The translations under genes were made by a program, and so were the position numbers. DNA of 64,000 nt from Giesbergeria sp. (GTDB lineage Bacteria > Pseudomonadota > Gammaproteobacteria > Burkholderiales > Burkholderiaceae_C). The stretch covers positions 14,460 through 78,459 of the forward strand of contig JAKLLE010000007.1 in NCBI GenBank assembly GCA_023150295.1, in the 5' to 3' direction. Position 1 is the first letter of the stretch. The number at the start of each line of letters is the position of its first letter. The notes beneath the pieces were generated by a model that was given only the letters and a program-made list of their open reading frames with translations, was not told where the DNA came from and did no database searches. This document shows positions 50,145-60,437 of this stretch, piece by piece.

Positions 50145-53100
50145 TCAGGGGCAGGTATAGGCGACAACTCCTGCCGCCATGTTCGCCATAGTCGTCGGAA
50201 GTCGAGCAATTGCAGCATCGGCTGCAGCATCACCGTTGACACAATTCAGATAGGCCCGACCCAGGGCCAAGCTCTGACCATAGGCATTGGCATATTGTGA
50301 ATTGGCAGCCAGTGCTTTGGTGAATTCCAAAGCCGCACGACGCTTTGCATTGAGGATTGCGCTGTCTGCATCGGCTGCGTTGTAAGCCACGGTATACGCA
50401 ATCTCTGGAACAGAAATCACACCCTGGTTCACCTGCTGTGTCCAATACGTCAGACCAGACGACAAAGGATCGCGGCTGAACAGCTGCCTGAATACCTGCG
50501 TCACCTGTGCCGACACACCCAAACCGCCATAAATGGCCTGTGACTCTGCCGATTTGTAGAAATCGTCTACCAGAATGCGGTAATTACCACCGCTTTGCGT
50601 CATCAGACCCTCGTAGTAAGACTGCCCACTTGCAGCCGCCGGGCGTCCGAAATATCCGGCAAACATCGTAACGACCTGCTGCGTGTAGGCGCTGGTTCCC
50701 CCGGTGAAGTTTGCAGTCACATTCCGTGCGCTGTCCAGCAAAACGGTACAGGTATCTGTCGTGCCGCTGCAGGCCCCCCCCCAACCGGCAAAACTGCTAC
50801 CCGCACTCGCCACAGCACGCAGCGTAATGGTAGTACCCGTATCAACCGTGGCAGAGCATGCACTACCGCAATTGATCAGAGGAGCGCCCAAGGCCAGTTG
50901 GGTGTGCTTTTGTATCCAAGGTTGATAGTTGGCCACCCGGGTGTACACACCGGGGTAGTTGGGCTGGGCGCAGCTATTTCCCCAGCTCACGATACCTGCC
51001 AGTACATGACCACCGCTGCCATTGGACACAACCAAGGGGCCACCACTGTCCCCCTGGCAGGAGTCTTTTCCTCCTGCAGGGTAGCCAGCACAAATCATGT
51101 TGCTGGAAATATTGGTGCTCCCGTATGCCGACTGCGCAGCACAGTCACTGCTGGTCAGCAAGGGCACCTGAACCTGCATCAACATGCTCGAAGTGCTGCC
51201 ACCAGGGCTGGTAGTACCCCAGCCTGTCACTGTAGCCAAGGTATTGGTGGAGGCCAACTGGCTTTCTTGAGATCCAGACAGCGGGGCGACCACATTCACC
51301 GTACTGGACAATGGCATTGCGCCGGACAAGCGCAGCAAGGCAATATCGTTGTCGTAAGTGCTGGGCTCATACGCATGGTGCTTGACGATGCTGCTCACAC
51401 CAAGCACCACGCCGCCGCTGTCTTTTTGCAAAGAACCGGCACGCACAGTGACGCTGGAGGGAGAGACCGTTACACCCGCGTTGTCGATGCAATGCGCCGC
51501 TGTCAACACCCATTGGTCAGACACCAGCGTGCCACCACACAAGAACGAGCCTTGTGCCGTCGTGATATTGAGCCGCACTTGCCACGGCCAAGATCCCAGT
51601 TGAGCGGCTGTGCCACCCACAATTCGCGCATCCACCGCCCCACCGGTGACAGGGAGTTGTGCAGACACGCTGGATGTAGACGAAACCGTACCCTGACCCG
51701 TGCCCGCTTTGCTTACATTCAATGTGACCTTGGATGTCTGCGTTCGGTAGGTCACCCTCAGAGACACCCCACTGTAGGCCGCATAGCCGTTCAGCAAAAC
51801 GTGGTACGTGCCAGCTGCTGGGCTGACAATGCCACAGCTCTCTGTATTGCCGTTGTTCTTCGATGAACAGTCATACGATTGCAACGTCGGTGCAGTGCCC
51901 GCCTTCACAAACAGATCCACATCTCCCGTACCGCCCGATGTGGACACAACCAAATTGGTCGCACCGGCAGGAACCTGCACTGAATAGCTCGCACTGTTGT
52001 TCGTAGCACCAGCAAGACCCGTCTGATTCATCAACGTTACAGAACCGCCCACCACACCGGTAGTGTTGAATACAGCGGACACACTGGAGCTGCTGGTACC
52101 TGCAGCAACCGTGCAACTGCCCGTGCCGCTGCAAGCCCCCCCCCACCCTGCGAAAGTGCTGCCACTGTCGGCCTGAGCGGACAGAGTCACAGCCGTAGAG
52201 GTGGCAAAGTTACCCATTGCGCTAGAGCACGACGATCCGCAGCTCAAGCCACTGGGGCTACTGCTGACAGTGCCGGTGCCACTGCCTGATTTGGAGAGCG
52301 AAATCAAACGCGTGGACGAAGCCAGATTGAAAGTGGCCGTCACATTGCTGGCGCTACTCAAGGTCACATTGCAACTGCTGGAAGTTCCAGAACAAGCGCC
52401 GCTCCAGCCAGCAAACGTGCTGCCAGCCGCCGCTTGGGCCGTCAGGGTGACCTGCGTGTTGGCCGCAAAACTGGCAGAGCAAGTGCTGCCACAGCTGATG
52501 CCTGCAGGCGAGCTGCTGACCGTACCACTGCCAGTGCCCTGGCGCCCCACCGACAGGGTGTAGTTTTGCACTGCACTGTCCAGCGGCAGATTGGCTTGCG
52601 CACTGCTTTGCAACACACTGGCCACTCGCCAGGGATTCACGCCCCGGGTATGGTTGGTGCCGAAATTGAAGCTGACGTTGGCCAAACCCGGGCTCAGCAA
52701 ATTGCAGTAGCTCATGATAGTGCCAGCACCTGTTCCCGACGTCCCCCCGGAGGTAGATCCCACCCCCGGCAAAACACCACTGCGCGAAGTGCCTCCCAGC
52801 TGGGTGACGCACTGTCCACTGGTGCCGGAAACACAGCAATCGATAGCCCCGCCCTGGCTGGAGCCCATCGGCGGATTGTCAAAGTTGTGCGTATGCGTGC
52901 TGCCAAACGCATGGCCTATCTCGTGCGCAACCACCACCGAATCCCACACCACCTGAGGATTGCTGGCCGAGAAACTGCCCGTAATGCTGCCGCTGACGCC
53001 ATAGGCATAGGTCTTGCTGCCGCTATCGAGCGTATCCACATAGGCGATACCGCCGCCCGTGTTGCGCCCACTCAGCAAATGGACATGGTGACGCGCTTGA

Positions 53101-54023
53101 TTGATGCGCGCTGCAGCGTTCCAATACGCCTGCAACTCATCCAGCAAGGCACTGGTGCTGGCGGTACTGCTCCACGGATCCGCCGAACTGCTGGTGTACA
53201 CGTTGATCTGCGTCAGGTTCAAACGCGCACCAATTTCAGTTTGGTACTGCGAACTGGCATACCCCAGCAAATCGGTCACATAGGCATGAACAGCAGCGCT
53301 GCTGCCCAGGCGCTGGTACAACTCATAGTCTGTTTCAATAATGAGGTCGGCGCGTCGCTGCGCACCCAGAGCCTCCACTCCGTTCGCAGCCAGCCCCATG
53401 GTGCCAGAGCGCTGGTTGTTGTCGCGCCACTTTTCCAAAAACGTGGGTGTGGGTGAGACATAGTGCTTGTCCATGAACTCATTGCTGACGCTGCAGACAA
53501 AAGGCTCGCTAGGGGCATCTGCCGAAAAATCCACCTTGCGCGAACGAAGCGCTGCAGTGGACAGGCTGGCCTTGACAGAGGCGTCCGAACCCGCCGGCAC
53601 ACCCACATCGGTAACGAACACCTCATCGCCACGGCGCACGATACCGCGCATGGCCCCCTGGTTATCGATAGACACGAACACCTTGCTGTCCGGCTCACCT
53701 ACCAACTGCCCCGTGAAATGGGCGCGGGGCTCCGGACGCGAGGTGGTCACACCACTATCGGAATGCACGACCAGCAACGCTGTCGTGGAGTCCGCATTGA
53801 TGCGCTGCAAATCGGCGCTCAAGGATGGCGCGCCCTGCTCACCCAGCGCAAGACGTTCAAGGCGCAACTTGCCTCCGGCGGGCAAAGTCAGTGCTTGGCG
53901 CAAATCGGCGCCCCCCCCTCGGGCTTCGGGCAATTGCAAAACCGTCTGCGCCAATGCCGGCGCCAATAGCGCGGCTCCCAACAGCCACGCTGCCAGGCCC
54001 TTGCGCAAGGATGATGAAACCAT
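50145..54023 (-). CDS. Secreted multidomain protease: reprolysin-like (M12B) metalloprotease, InlB-B-like repeats, PPC domain, S1 trypsin, C-terminal S-layer-anchor-like domain
   Basis: Sec signal; HEIGHAFGSTH and IMSY Met-turn; R|IVGG, TAAHC, DIALL, GDSGGP; C-terminus aligns with the N-terminus of the 63358 gene. Confidence 0.88.
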   Translation of the reverse strand: MVSSSLRKGLAAWLLGAALLAPALAQTVLQLPEARGGGADLRQALTLPAGGKLRLERLALGEQGAPSLSADLQRINADSTTALLVVHSDSGVTTSRPEPRAHFTGQLVGEPDSKVFVSIDNQGAMRGIVRRGDEVFVTDVGVPAGSDASVKASLSTAALRSRKVDFSADAPSEPFVCSVSNEFMDKHYVSPTPTFLEKWRDNNQRSGTMGLAANGVEALGAQRRADLIIETDYELYQRLGSSAAVHAYVTDLLGYASSQYQTEIGARLNLTQINVYTSSSADPWSSTASTSALLDELQAYWNAAARINQARHHVHLLSGRNTGGGIAYVDTLDSGSKTYAYGVSGSITGSFSASNPQVVWDSVVVAHEIGHAFGSTHTHNFDNPPMGSSQGGAIDCCVSGTSGQCVTQLGGTSRSGVLPGVGSTSGGTSGTGAGTIMSYCNLLSPGLANVSFNFGTNHTRGVNPWRVASVLQSSAQANLPLDSAVQNYTLSVGRQGTGSGTVSSSPAGISCGSTCSASFAANTQVTLTAQAAAGSTFAGWSGACSGTSSSCNVTLSSASNVTATFNLASSTRLISLSKSGSGTGTVSSSPSGLSCGSSCSSAMGNFATSTAVTLSAQADSGSTFAGWGGACSGTGSCTVAAGTSSSSVSAVFNTTGVVGGSVTLMNQTGLAGATNNSASYSVQVPAGATNLVVSTSGGTGDVDLFVKAGTAPTLQSYDCSSKNNGNTESCGIVSPAAGTYHVLLNGYAAYSGVSLRVTYRTQTSKVTLNVSKAGTGQGTVSSTSSVSAQLPVTGGAVDARIVGGTAAQLGSWPWQVRLNITTAQGSFLCGGTLVSDQWVLTAAHCIDNAGVTVSPSSVTVRAGSLQKDSGGVVLGVSSIVKHHAYEPSTYDNDIALLRLSGAMPLSSTVNVVAPLSGSQESQLASTNTLATVTGWGTTSPGGSTSSMLMQVQVPLLTSSDCAAQSAYGSTNISSNMICAGYPAGGKDSCQGDSGGPLVVSNGSGGHVLAGIVSWGNSCAQPNYPGVYTRVANYQPWIQKHTQLALGAPLINCGSACSATVDTGTTITLRAVASAGSSFAGWGGACSGTTDTCTVLLDSARNVTANFTGGTSAYTQQVVTMFAGYFGRPAAASGQSYYEGLMTQSGGNYRILVDDFYKSAESQAIYGGLGVSAQVTQVFRQLFSRDPLSSGLTYWTQQVNQGVISVPEIAYTVAYNAADADSAILNAKRRAALEFTKALAANSQYANAYGQSLALGRAYLNCVNGDAAADAAIARLPTTMANMAAGVVAYTCP

Positions 54024-54319
54024 CTTCTCACTCCTCTGTCGATGAATTGCACAGACTTTAATGCCGCTGGTTTACATCACCCATGTCGATTTCAACGTTC
54101 GTGTGTAAAACTGCCAAATTTTCAACCGGGAAGATGCAAACATCAAGTGCAAGCTCAGACCAAACCACTCTGCGCACAAATTTTGTCGCCATGGAGCACT
54201 GCTAAAATCTCGCCCCTAGTTGCCCAGCGCTCCAGCCACGGCGCAGAAGCTGCAGAGGCGCCAGCCCTACTGGCTCGGCACAGCCATGCTTCCCCATCAC
54301 TCTTGAACCAGGAGCCTTC

Positions 54320-55123
54320 GTGCCTGGCCTTCTCCTAGACGTTCTCCGGTACCGCGGCTTCATCATCACCAGCACTGCACGCCAGATTCAGGGCCAATAC
54401 CAAGGCTCACTGTTTGGCGTTGCCTGGCTGTTCCTGGGGCCGCTGGCCCTGCTGGCGGTGCACACGGTCATCTTTTCCAACCTGTTCCAGAACCGTCTGG
54501 CAGGTGTGGACTCGGCTTTTTCCTACAGCATTTACCTCTGCGCAGGCCTGCTGCCCTGGCTGTACTTCAGCGACTCTGTCAGCCGCCTGACCGGCACCTT
54601 CGTGGCCCAGGCCGGGCTCATCAAGAAGGCGCAGTTCCCGCGCATCTGCCTGCCCCTCATCGCCATGGGCGTGTCCAGTTTCAATTTTGCGGTCATTGCA
54701 GGCTTGTTTCTGGGCTTTTTGCTCATTACCGGCAACTGGCCCGGAATGGTGCTTCTTGCAGGCCTGCCAGCACTCAGCATTCAAATAATGCTGTCATTGG
54801 GGCTGGGAGTGTTTCTGGGTGTAATAAACGTGTATTTTCGTGACGTCGGCCATCTGGTGGGTGTTGTATTTCAGTTTCTATTCTGGCTCACGCCCATTGT
54901 TTACCCTCTCAATATGCTGCCCGCCTGGGCGCAAGCCGCCATCAAGGCCAACCCCATGACCGTGCTGGTGGAGCACTACCAAAGCGTCATCCTGTATGCC
55001 CGCATTCCCTCGGCCCAGGCGTTCCAGGGCTTGGCGTGGGTGGCACTGCTGGCGGGCGTCTGCCTGTTTCTGGCTTTCAAAATCCACCGCGACCTGGGCG
55101 GCGAAATGGCGGACGAACTCTGA
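54320..55123 (+). CDS. wzm: Polysaccharide ABC transporter permease
   Basis: GTG start after GGAG; YQGSLFGVAW, YFRDVGH, FWLTPIVYP, NPM. Confidence 0.92.
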   Translation: MPGLLLDVLRYRGFIITSTARQIQGQYQGSLFGVAWLFLGPLALLAVHTVIFSNLFQNRLAGVDSAFSYSIYLCAGLLPWLYFSDSVSRLTGTFVAQAGLIKKAQFPRICLPLIAMGVSSFNFAVIAGLFLGFLLITGNWPGMVLLAGLPALSIQIMLSLGLGVFLGVINVYFRDVGHLVGVVFQFLFWLTPIVYPLNMLPAWAQAAIKANPMTVLVEHYQSVILYARIPSAQAFQGLAWVALLAGVCLFLAFKIHRDLGGEMADEL

Positions 55124-55125
55124 GC

Positions 55126-57216
55126 ATGGGACACATCCACATCCACCACCTCGGCAAAGCCTACAAGCGCTACGCCAAAAAATCAGCCCGCATCCTTGAA
55201 TGGATGGGCATGGGCGTACACCACCAGCCCCATTGGGTACTGCAGGACATCAGCTTTCAGATCCAACCTGGCGAGGCCGTAGGCATCATCGGCGTCAACG
55301 GTGCGGGCAAAAGCACCCTGCTCAAGCTCATCGCTGGCGTCATGCAGCCCACCACAGGCAGCATCGAACTGCGTGGGCGCGTAGCGGCGCTGCTGGAACT
55401 GGGCATGGGATTCCAGGGCGACTTCACCGGCCGCCAGAACGTCCACATGTCCGGCCTGCTGGCAGGCATGACCGCCCAGGAACTGCAAGGCAAGATGGCC
55501 GAAATCGAAGCCTTTGCAGACATTGGCGACTACATCGACCAGCCCGTGCGCACCTACTCCAGCGGCATGCAGGTGCGCCTGGCCTTTGCCGTGGCCACCG
55601 CCGTGCGGCCCGACATCCTGATCGTGGACGAAGCACTTGCCGTGGGCGACGTCTTCTTCCAGCAAAAGTGCTTTGAACGCATCCGCAGCTTCCTGCAGCA
55701 AGGCACCACGTTGCTGTTCGTGTCGCACTCCGCCGCCACCGTGTATACCCTGTGCAACCGGGCCATCCTCATCGATGGCGGGTGCGTTGCCCTGGACGGC
55801 AACCCCCGCCAGGTCATCGACCTGTACAACGCCCTGGTCGCCTCGCGCGCCAGCAGCGGCGCGCTGCCCGTCGCCATCACCGGCGCAGCGGCCAGCACAC
55901 ACACGGCCCCGGCAACAGCCCAAGCGGGGGGGGCCATAGGCTCCTACGCCCACAGCGGCGTCACCATCACCAGCGTACAGCTCACCAGCGGCGGGCAACC
56001 CGCACACAGCGTCATCAGCGGCTCGCGCATCACCGCGCGCGTGGTGGTGCAGTTCCACCAGGCCTACAGCGACCCCCACGTGGGCTTTCAGGTCCGCGAC
56101 CGGCGTGGCGAAGCCGTCTTCATGACGCACACCCACGCCATGCACCAGAAAATCGGCCCCGTGCAGGCGGGCGAGCAAGTCGAGGTGCAATACAGCTTCG
56201 ACGTGCCCCTGGTCACCGGCGACTACACCTTCACCGCAGGCGTGGCCCAGGGCGGGCTGATGGGTGGCGCTGTGGCCGACTCCATTGCCCGCACGCAAGA
56301 CGCCTGGGCCTTCCAGATCGTCACCAACCTGGACGACATCCACTGGAACGGCCTGTGCCACCTGAACCCCCGCGTGGCCATACAGCGCCCGGTGCCCACC
56401 AGCCCCACAGGCACCGGCCTGCTGGTCACCACCTCGCACTCGCTCCTGTGGATGGACGCGCTCACCGGCCAGACCCAGCCCCTGCACCGTGGCGCAGGCC
56501 TCTATTACGGCATTGCCTCCGACGCCCAGCGCATCTGCGTGGGTGCGCGCCAGCGGCTGGTATCCTCCGCCGTGCCCGCCAGCCAGGAGCGCGGCGCCAT
56601 CCTCGTGTTCGACCGCCAGCTCCGGCTGCAAGACACCTGGCAAGCCCCCTTTGCGCTGCGCGACATCCACGAAATCGCCCTGCACGAAGGCACCCTGTGG
56701 GTCACCTGCTCGCACGACGACATGGTCGCCCTGCGCCACCCCAACGGCCAATGGCAAGCCTGGTACCCCCTGGGCGAACCCCAGGGCGAGCCGCGTGACG
56801 TGCACCACTACAACTCCTTCGCCTTCACCCCCGGCACCCTGCACCTGCTGGCCCACAACCGGGGCGCCAGCGAACGGCTGGAATTCAGCCTGCCCGACCG
56901 CACCCTGCGCGCACGGCACCCGCTGGGCCAACAAGCGCACAACCTCTGGCAGCAAGGCGCCCAATGGTGCACCTGCTCGTCTGGCGAAGGCCGCCTGCAG
57001 GGCGACAGCGGCTTTGCGCTGGTCACCGGCGGCTTTCCGCGCGGCATGGCCCGGCTGGGCTCGCTCGCCGCCATAGGCATCTCACAGCTGGCCGAGCGCC
57101 AGCAGCGCGACCTCACCGACGGTCAGATCCACATCTACAACGACCAGTGGCAACTGCAGCACCAGTGGACGCTGCCCGGTGAAGGCCTGGTGCTCGACCT
57201 GCGGCCATGCCCTTGA
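55126..57216 (+). CDS. wzt: Polysaccharide ABC transporter ATPase with Wzt-C carbohydrate-binding domain and an extra C-terminal beta-propeller-like domain
   Basis: GVNGAGKSTL, YSSGMQVRLAFA, DEALAVGD.FQ.KC; Ig-like Wzt-C; about 270 extra residues with a repeating beta-strand pattern. Confidence 0.88.
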   Translation: MGHIHIHHLGKAYKRYAKKSARILEWMGMGVHHQPHWVLQDISFQIQPGEAVGIIGVNGAGKSTLLKLIAGVMQPTTGSIELRGRVAALLELGMGFQGDFTGRQNVHMSGLLAGMTAQELQGKMAEIEAFADIGDYIDQPVRTYSSGMQVRLAFAVATAVRPDILIVDEALAVGDVFFQQKCFERIRSFLQQGTTLLFVSHSAATVYTLCNRAILIDGGCVALDGNPRQVIDLYNALVASRASSGALPVAITGAAASTHTAPATAQAGGAIGSYAHSGVTITSVQLTSGGQPAHSVISGSRITARVVVQFHQAYSDPHVGFQVRDRRGEAVFMTHTHAMHQKIGPVQAGEQVEVQYSFDVPLVTGDYTFTAGVAQGGLMGGAVADSIARTQDAWAFQIVTNLDDIHWNGLCHLNPRVAIQRPVPTSPTGTGLLVTTSHSLLWMDALTGQTQPLHRGAGLYYGIASDAQRICVGARQRLVSSAVPASQERGAILVFDRQLRLQDTWQAPFALRDIHEIALHEGTLWVTCSHDDMVALRHPNGQWQAWYPLGEPQGEPRDVHHYNSFAFTPGTLHLLAHNRGASERLEFSLPDRTLRARHPLGQQAHNLWQQGAQWCTCSSGEGRLQGDSGFALVTGGFPRGMARLGSLAAIGISQLAERQQRDLTDGQIHIYNDQWQLQHQWTLPGEGLVLDLRPCP

Positions 57217-59192
57217 CCGAGCGCCGCACAGCGCCTCTGGCACCCCCCCCTTACCGTGCCGACATTGACGGCCTGAGGGCCGTTGCCGTACTTGCGGTAG
57301 TGGTGTTCCATGCCTTTCCGAGTGCACTCCCCGGGGGGTACATCGGAGTGGACATCTTTTTTGTGATCTCGGGCTACCTGATATCCAGCATCATCTACCG
57401 CAGCCTGGAGGAGGGGCGTTTCAGTTTTGCGGCGTTTTATGCAAGGCGAATCCGGCGCATTTTTCCGGCGCTGCTCTGCGTCTTGCTGGCATGTGTGGTT
57501 GCGGGTTGGTATGTGCTGCTAGCCGACGAATACAAACAACTGGGCAAACACACCCTGGCCGGAACAGCCTTCGCCTCCAACATCGTGCTCTGGCGCGAAG
57601 CGGGCTACTTTGACAACGCAGCCGAAACCAAACCCCTGCTGCACCTCTGGAGCCTGGGCATAGAAGAGCAGTTCTACATTGCCTGGCCGTTCCTGGCATG
57701 GGCGGCCTGCAAGCTCGGTTGGGCCCGCCTCATGCTGCCGCTGTTGGTGGCGCTGGCGTCGTTCTGGCTCAACATCCATGGCATGGAGCGCGACGCCTCA
57801 GGCACGTTTTACCTGCCCATGACCCGTGCCTGGGAACTGCTCGCCGGCAGCCTACTGGCTGGGGTGCTCCTGCGCCGCCCCCGCCTGGGCGAACCCTTTA
57901 CAAGCCACGCCATGGCGGTAACAGGCTTTGCCCTGTTGGCGTGGGGGCTTGCCGCCATCGACAAAAATACGGCCTATCCAGGGCCGTGGGCGCTCATCCC
58001 GGTACTGGGGGCCTTGCTCATCATCGCAGCGGGCCCGAGCGCCTGGCTCAACCGGCTGCTTCTGTCGCACAGACTGGCCGCAGGGGTAGGGCTGATCAGC
58101 TACCCCCTCTACCTGTGGCACTGGCCGCTGCTTTCATTTGCCCGGATTGTGCAGAGCACCACCCCCAGCACAACCACTCGCCTGGCTGCGGTGCTGCTGT
58201 CCATCGTGCTGGCCTGGCTGACCTACCGCTGGATCGAACGCCCCATCCGTACCCCAGGGGCGCAGCCACGCACCGTTGCTGTGCTGGGGGTGCTGATGAC
58301 ACTGATGGCCGCCATCGGCCTGGGCCTCTATTTCCAGGACGGCCTGGCCCAGCGCCAAACCCTGGCACACGTCACCCCACCCATAGAACGCCTGACCGAC
58401 GACGACCCCCAGGCCCACGCGGCCTGCTTGGCCACCTACGGCTTGAGCCACGAGAAAATCCGCTACTGCCGCCTGTCGTCCCCAATGGGAGACAAACCGC
58501 GCATAGCCCTTCTGGGCGACTCGCACGCGGCTGCACTCTACCCAGGCCTGTCGGCGCAACTGGCGCAAACCCGCCGTGAAAGCTTGCTGATGATCGGCGG
58601 GCGCGTGTTTGTCAATGTAGCCGCCTACCCCGAGGGCAACCAATTTGAAATGGAAGTCTCCAGAGGCGGCATCAAAGCGGTTCAGTTCGTGGCCCAGGAG
58701 CCCTCCATCCAGACCGTGGTCGTTGTCACGCGAGGCACGGGCTACCTGGCAGGCAACGGCAATTTCTACCTGCCGAACAACCCTGCCATCACCGACCGCC
58801 ACAAAGTGCTCGACCTGGGCCTGCGTGCCACACTGGATCTGCTGCTGCGCAACGGCAAAAAAATCGTGTTTGTGGTCGAACCCCCCACCCTGGACTTTGA
58901 TCCTGCACGCTGCCAGGAAGTGCGCCCCTATCGCCTGACACGCCCCGATGCACAATGCACCATCACCCGCCAAGCCTTTGAAGCCAGCCACGCGGCCTAC
59001 CGCCAATTGGTCTTTGCCATGCTCAAAGACTACCCCCAGGTGAAAATATTCGACAGCGCGCAGCATATGTGCGACGACCAGGTCTGCCACGGCAAGCAGG
59101 GGCAACAAGTACTGTACGGCGACACACACCACCTCTCGGCCGCAGGCTCCGCCTACCTGGCAAAAGAACTGGTCAAGACGGTGGTTGACTAA
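57207..59192 (+). CDS. Acyltransferase-3 / SGNH fusion (OafA-like polysaccharide O-acetyltransferase)
   Basis: IDGLRAVAV..VV.FH, GVDIFFVISG, HLWSL.IEEQFY; SGNH GDSHA and D.HH. Confidence 0.9.
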   Translation: MPLTERRTAPLAPPPYRADIDGLRAVAVLAVVVFHAFPSALPGGYIGVDIFFVISGYLISSIIYRSLEEGRFSFAAFYARRIRRIFPALLCVLLACVVAGWYVLLADEYKQLGKHTLAGTAFASNIVLWREAGYFDNAAETKPLLHLWSLGIEEQFYIAWPFLAWAACKLGWARLMLPLLVALASFWLNIHGMERDASGTFYLPMTRAWELLAGSLLAGVLLRRPRLGEPFTSHAMAVTGFALLAWGLAAIDKNTAYPGPWALIPVLGALLIIAAGPSAWLNRLLLSHRLAAGVGLISYPLYLWHWPLLSFARIVQSTTPSTTTRLAAVLLSIVLAWLTYRWIERPIRTPGAQPRTVAVLGVLMTLMAAIGLGLYFQDGLAQRQTLAHVTPPIERLTDDDPQAHAACLATYGLSHEKIRYCRLSSPMGDKPRIALLGDSHAAALYPGLSAQLAQTRRESLLMIGGRVFVNVAAYPEGNQFEMEVSRGGIKAVQFVAQEPSIQTVVVVTRGTGYLAGNGNFYLPNNPAITDRHKVLDLGLRATLDLLLRNGKKIVFVVEPPTLDFDPARCQEVRPYRLTRPDAQCTITRQAFEASHAAYRQLVFAMLKDYPQVKIFDSAQHMCDDQVCHGKQGQQVLYGDTHHLSAAGSAYLAKELVKTVVD

Positions 59193-59261
59193 GCTGCGCA
59201 CACAAAAAAACCGACGATCCATACCCCTATACACAAACACCCCATACCACCGCACAGGCCC

Positions 59262-60437
59262 ATGCCACAGCTCTACAGCAGCACCGTACATACCGAGCAG
59301 CTTCTTGTCGAAGTGCAGCACCGCTGCCAGAACCCGCCCGCCACACAGCAACCGCCAGCCAGCCCCCCCGCGCAAAAAGCCCAAGGCACGCCCAGCCTGG
59401 CAGTGCGTGCATGGCGCGCATTCCGGGACAGCGGCTACTCCTGGCGCTGGGTTGCGCGCCAGATACCCGGCGTGCTCCCTGCGTACCTGCTGGTACACAC
59501 CGTACTGAACCTGCGCCAGTCCCTGGCCGCACTGGAGCACAACCAACTCGGTGCCCAAAGCGCCTGGAAAGCCCAGCAACGCCAGCTGGAAAAGCAAATC
59601 CATCAACTGCGCCAGCAACAAGAAAAGCTCCAGCGCGAACACATCCACCTGCGCAAGCGGCTGTTGCTTGCAGAAAAACGCGCCCAGCAAAGCCTGGCCG
59701 CGCCCCAGGCCGGGGCCCACAACGCCGCCGCCAGCTCCGAGCCCCTGTCCCAGTGGTACAGCGCCTTTGAAGAATCGCAGCGCGGCGACGTATCGCAAAT
59801 TGCCCAGCGCCAGGCACAGTACATACCGCTGGTCACCCCGGTGCTGCAGGCCCTGCCGCAAGCCCCCGCGCTGGACCTGGGCTGCGGACGCGGCGAATGG
59901 GTGCAACTGCTGGCCCGCCTGGGCCACCCCAGCCTGGGGGTCGACAGCAACACCGCCATGCTGCAACCCGCCGAAGCCGCAGACGCCAACGTGCACTCCC
60001 AGGACATCTTCACCTTCCTGGCCGAACAGCCGCCCGAACACTACGCCCTGGTCACCAGCTTCCAGGTGGTGGAACACCTCCCGCCCGACCAACTACTGCA
60101 ACTGCTGCTGCACGCATGGCGCGTGCTGCGGCCCGGCGGCATGGTGGTGCTGGAAACCCCCAACCCCGAAAACCTGCAAGTGGCCGCCTACAGCTTCTGG
60201 ATGGATCCCACCCACCAGCGCCCCTTGCCCCCACCGCTGCTGCTCAACATGGCCCAGCACGCTGGTTTTGTGGACTGCCACATCCACCGCAGCAGCCCCT
60301 GGCCCGCCGAACACCAAGCCCCAGGCCTGCCCCAACCCCTGGCACAACTGCTTTATGCGGATCAGGACTACGCGCTCATTGCCCGCAAGCCCCACGCCGC
60401 ACCCGCCGCACCAGCCGCCCCCCAGCCCGCGCCATGA
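59262..60437 (+). CDS. Class I SAM methyltransferase with N-terminal coiled coil (possible chain terminator)
   Basis: Q/L-rich heptads, then AFEESQRG, LDLGCGRGEW, FQVVEH, ETPNP, DPTH. Confidence 0.85.
   Translation: MPQLYSSTVHTEQLLVEVQHRCQNPPATQQPPASPPAQKAQGTPSLAVRAWRAFRDSGYSWRWVARQIPGVLPAYLLVHTVLNLRQSLAALEHNQLGAQSAWKAQQRQLEKQIHQLRQQQEKLQREHIHLRKRLLLAEKRAQQSLAAPQAGAHNAAASSEPLSQWYSAFEESQRGDVSQIAQRQAQYIPLVTPVLQALPQAPALDLGCGRGEWVQLLARLGHPSLGVDSNTAMLQPAEAADANVHSQDIFTFLAEQPPEHYALVTSFQVVEHLPPDQLLQLLLHAWRVLRPGGMVVLETPNPENLQVAAYSFWMDPTHQRPLPPPLLLNMAQHAGFVDCHIHRSSPWPAEHQAPGLPQPLAQLLYADQDYALIARKPHAAPAAPAAPQPAP

Noticed and set aside
50700-52600. Internal repeats in the protease gene as a DNA repeat element
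   Set aside because: Similarity is at the protein-domain level (InlB-B-like repeats).
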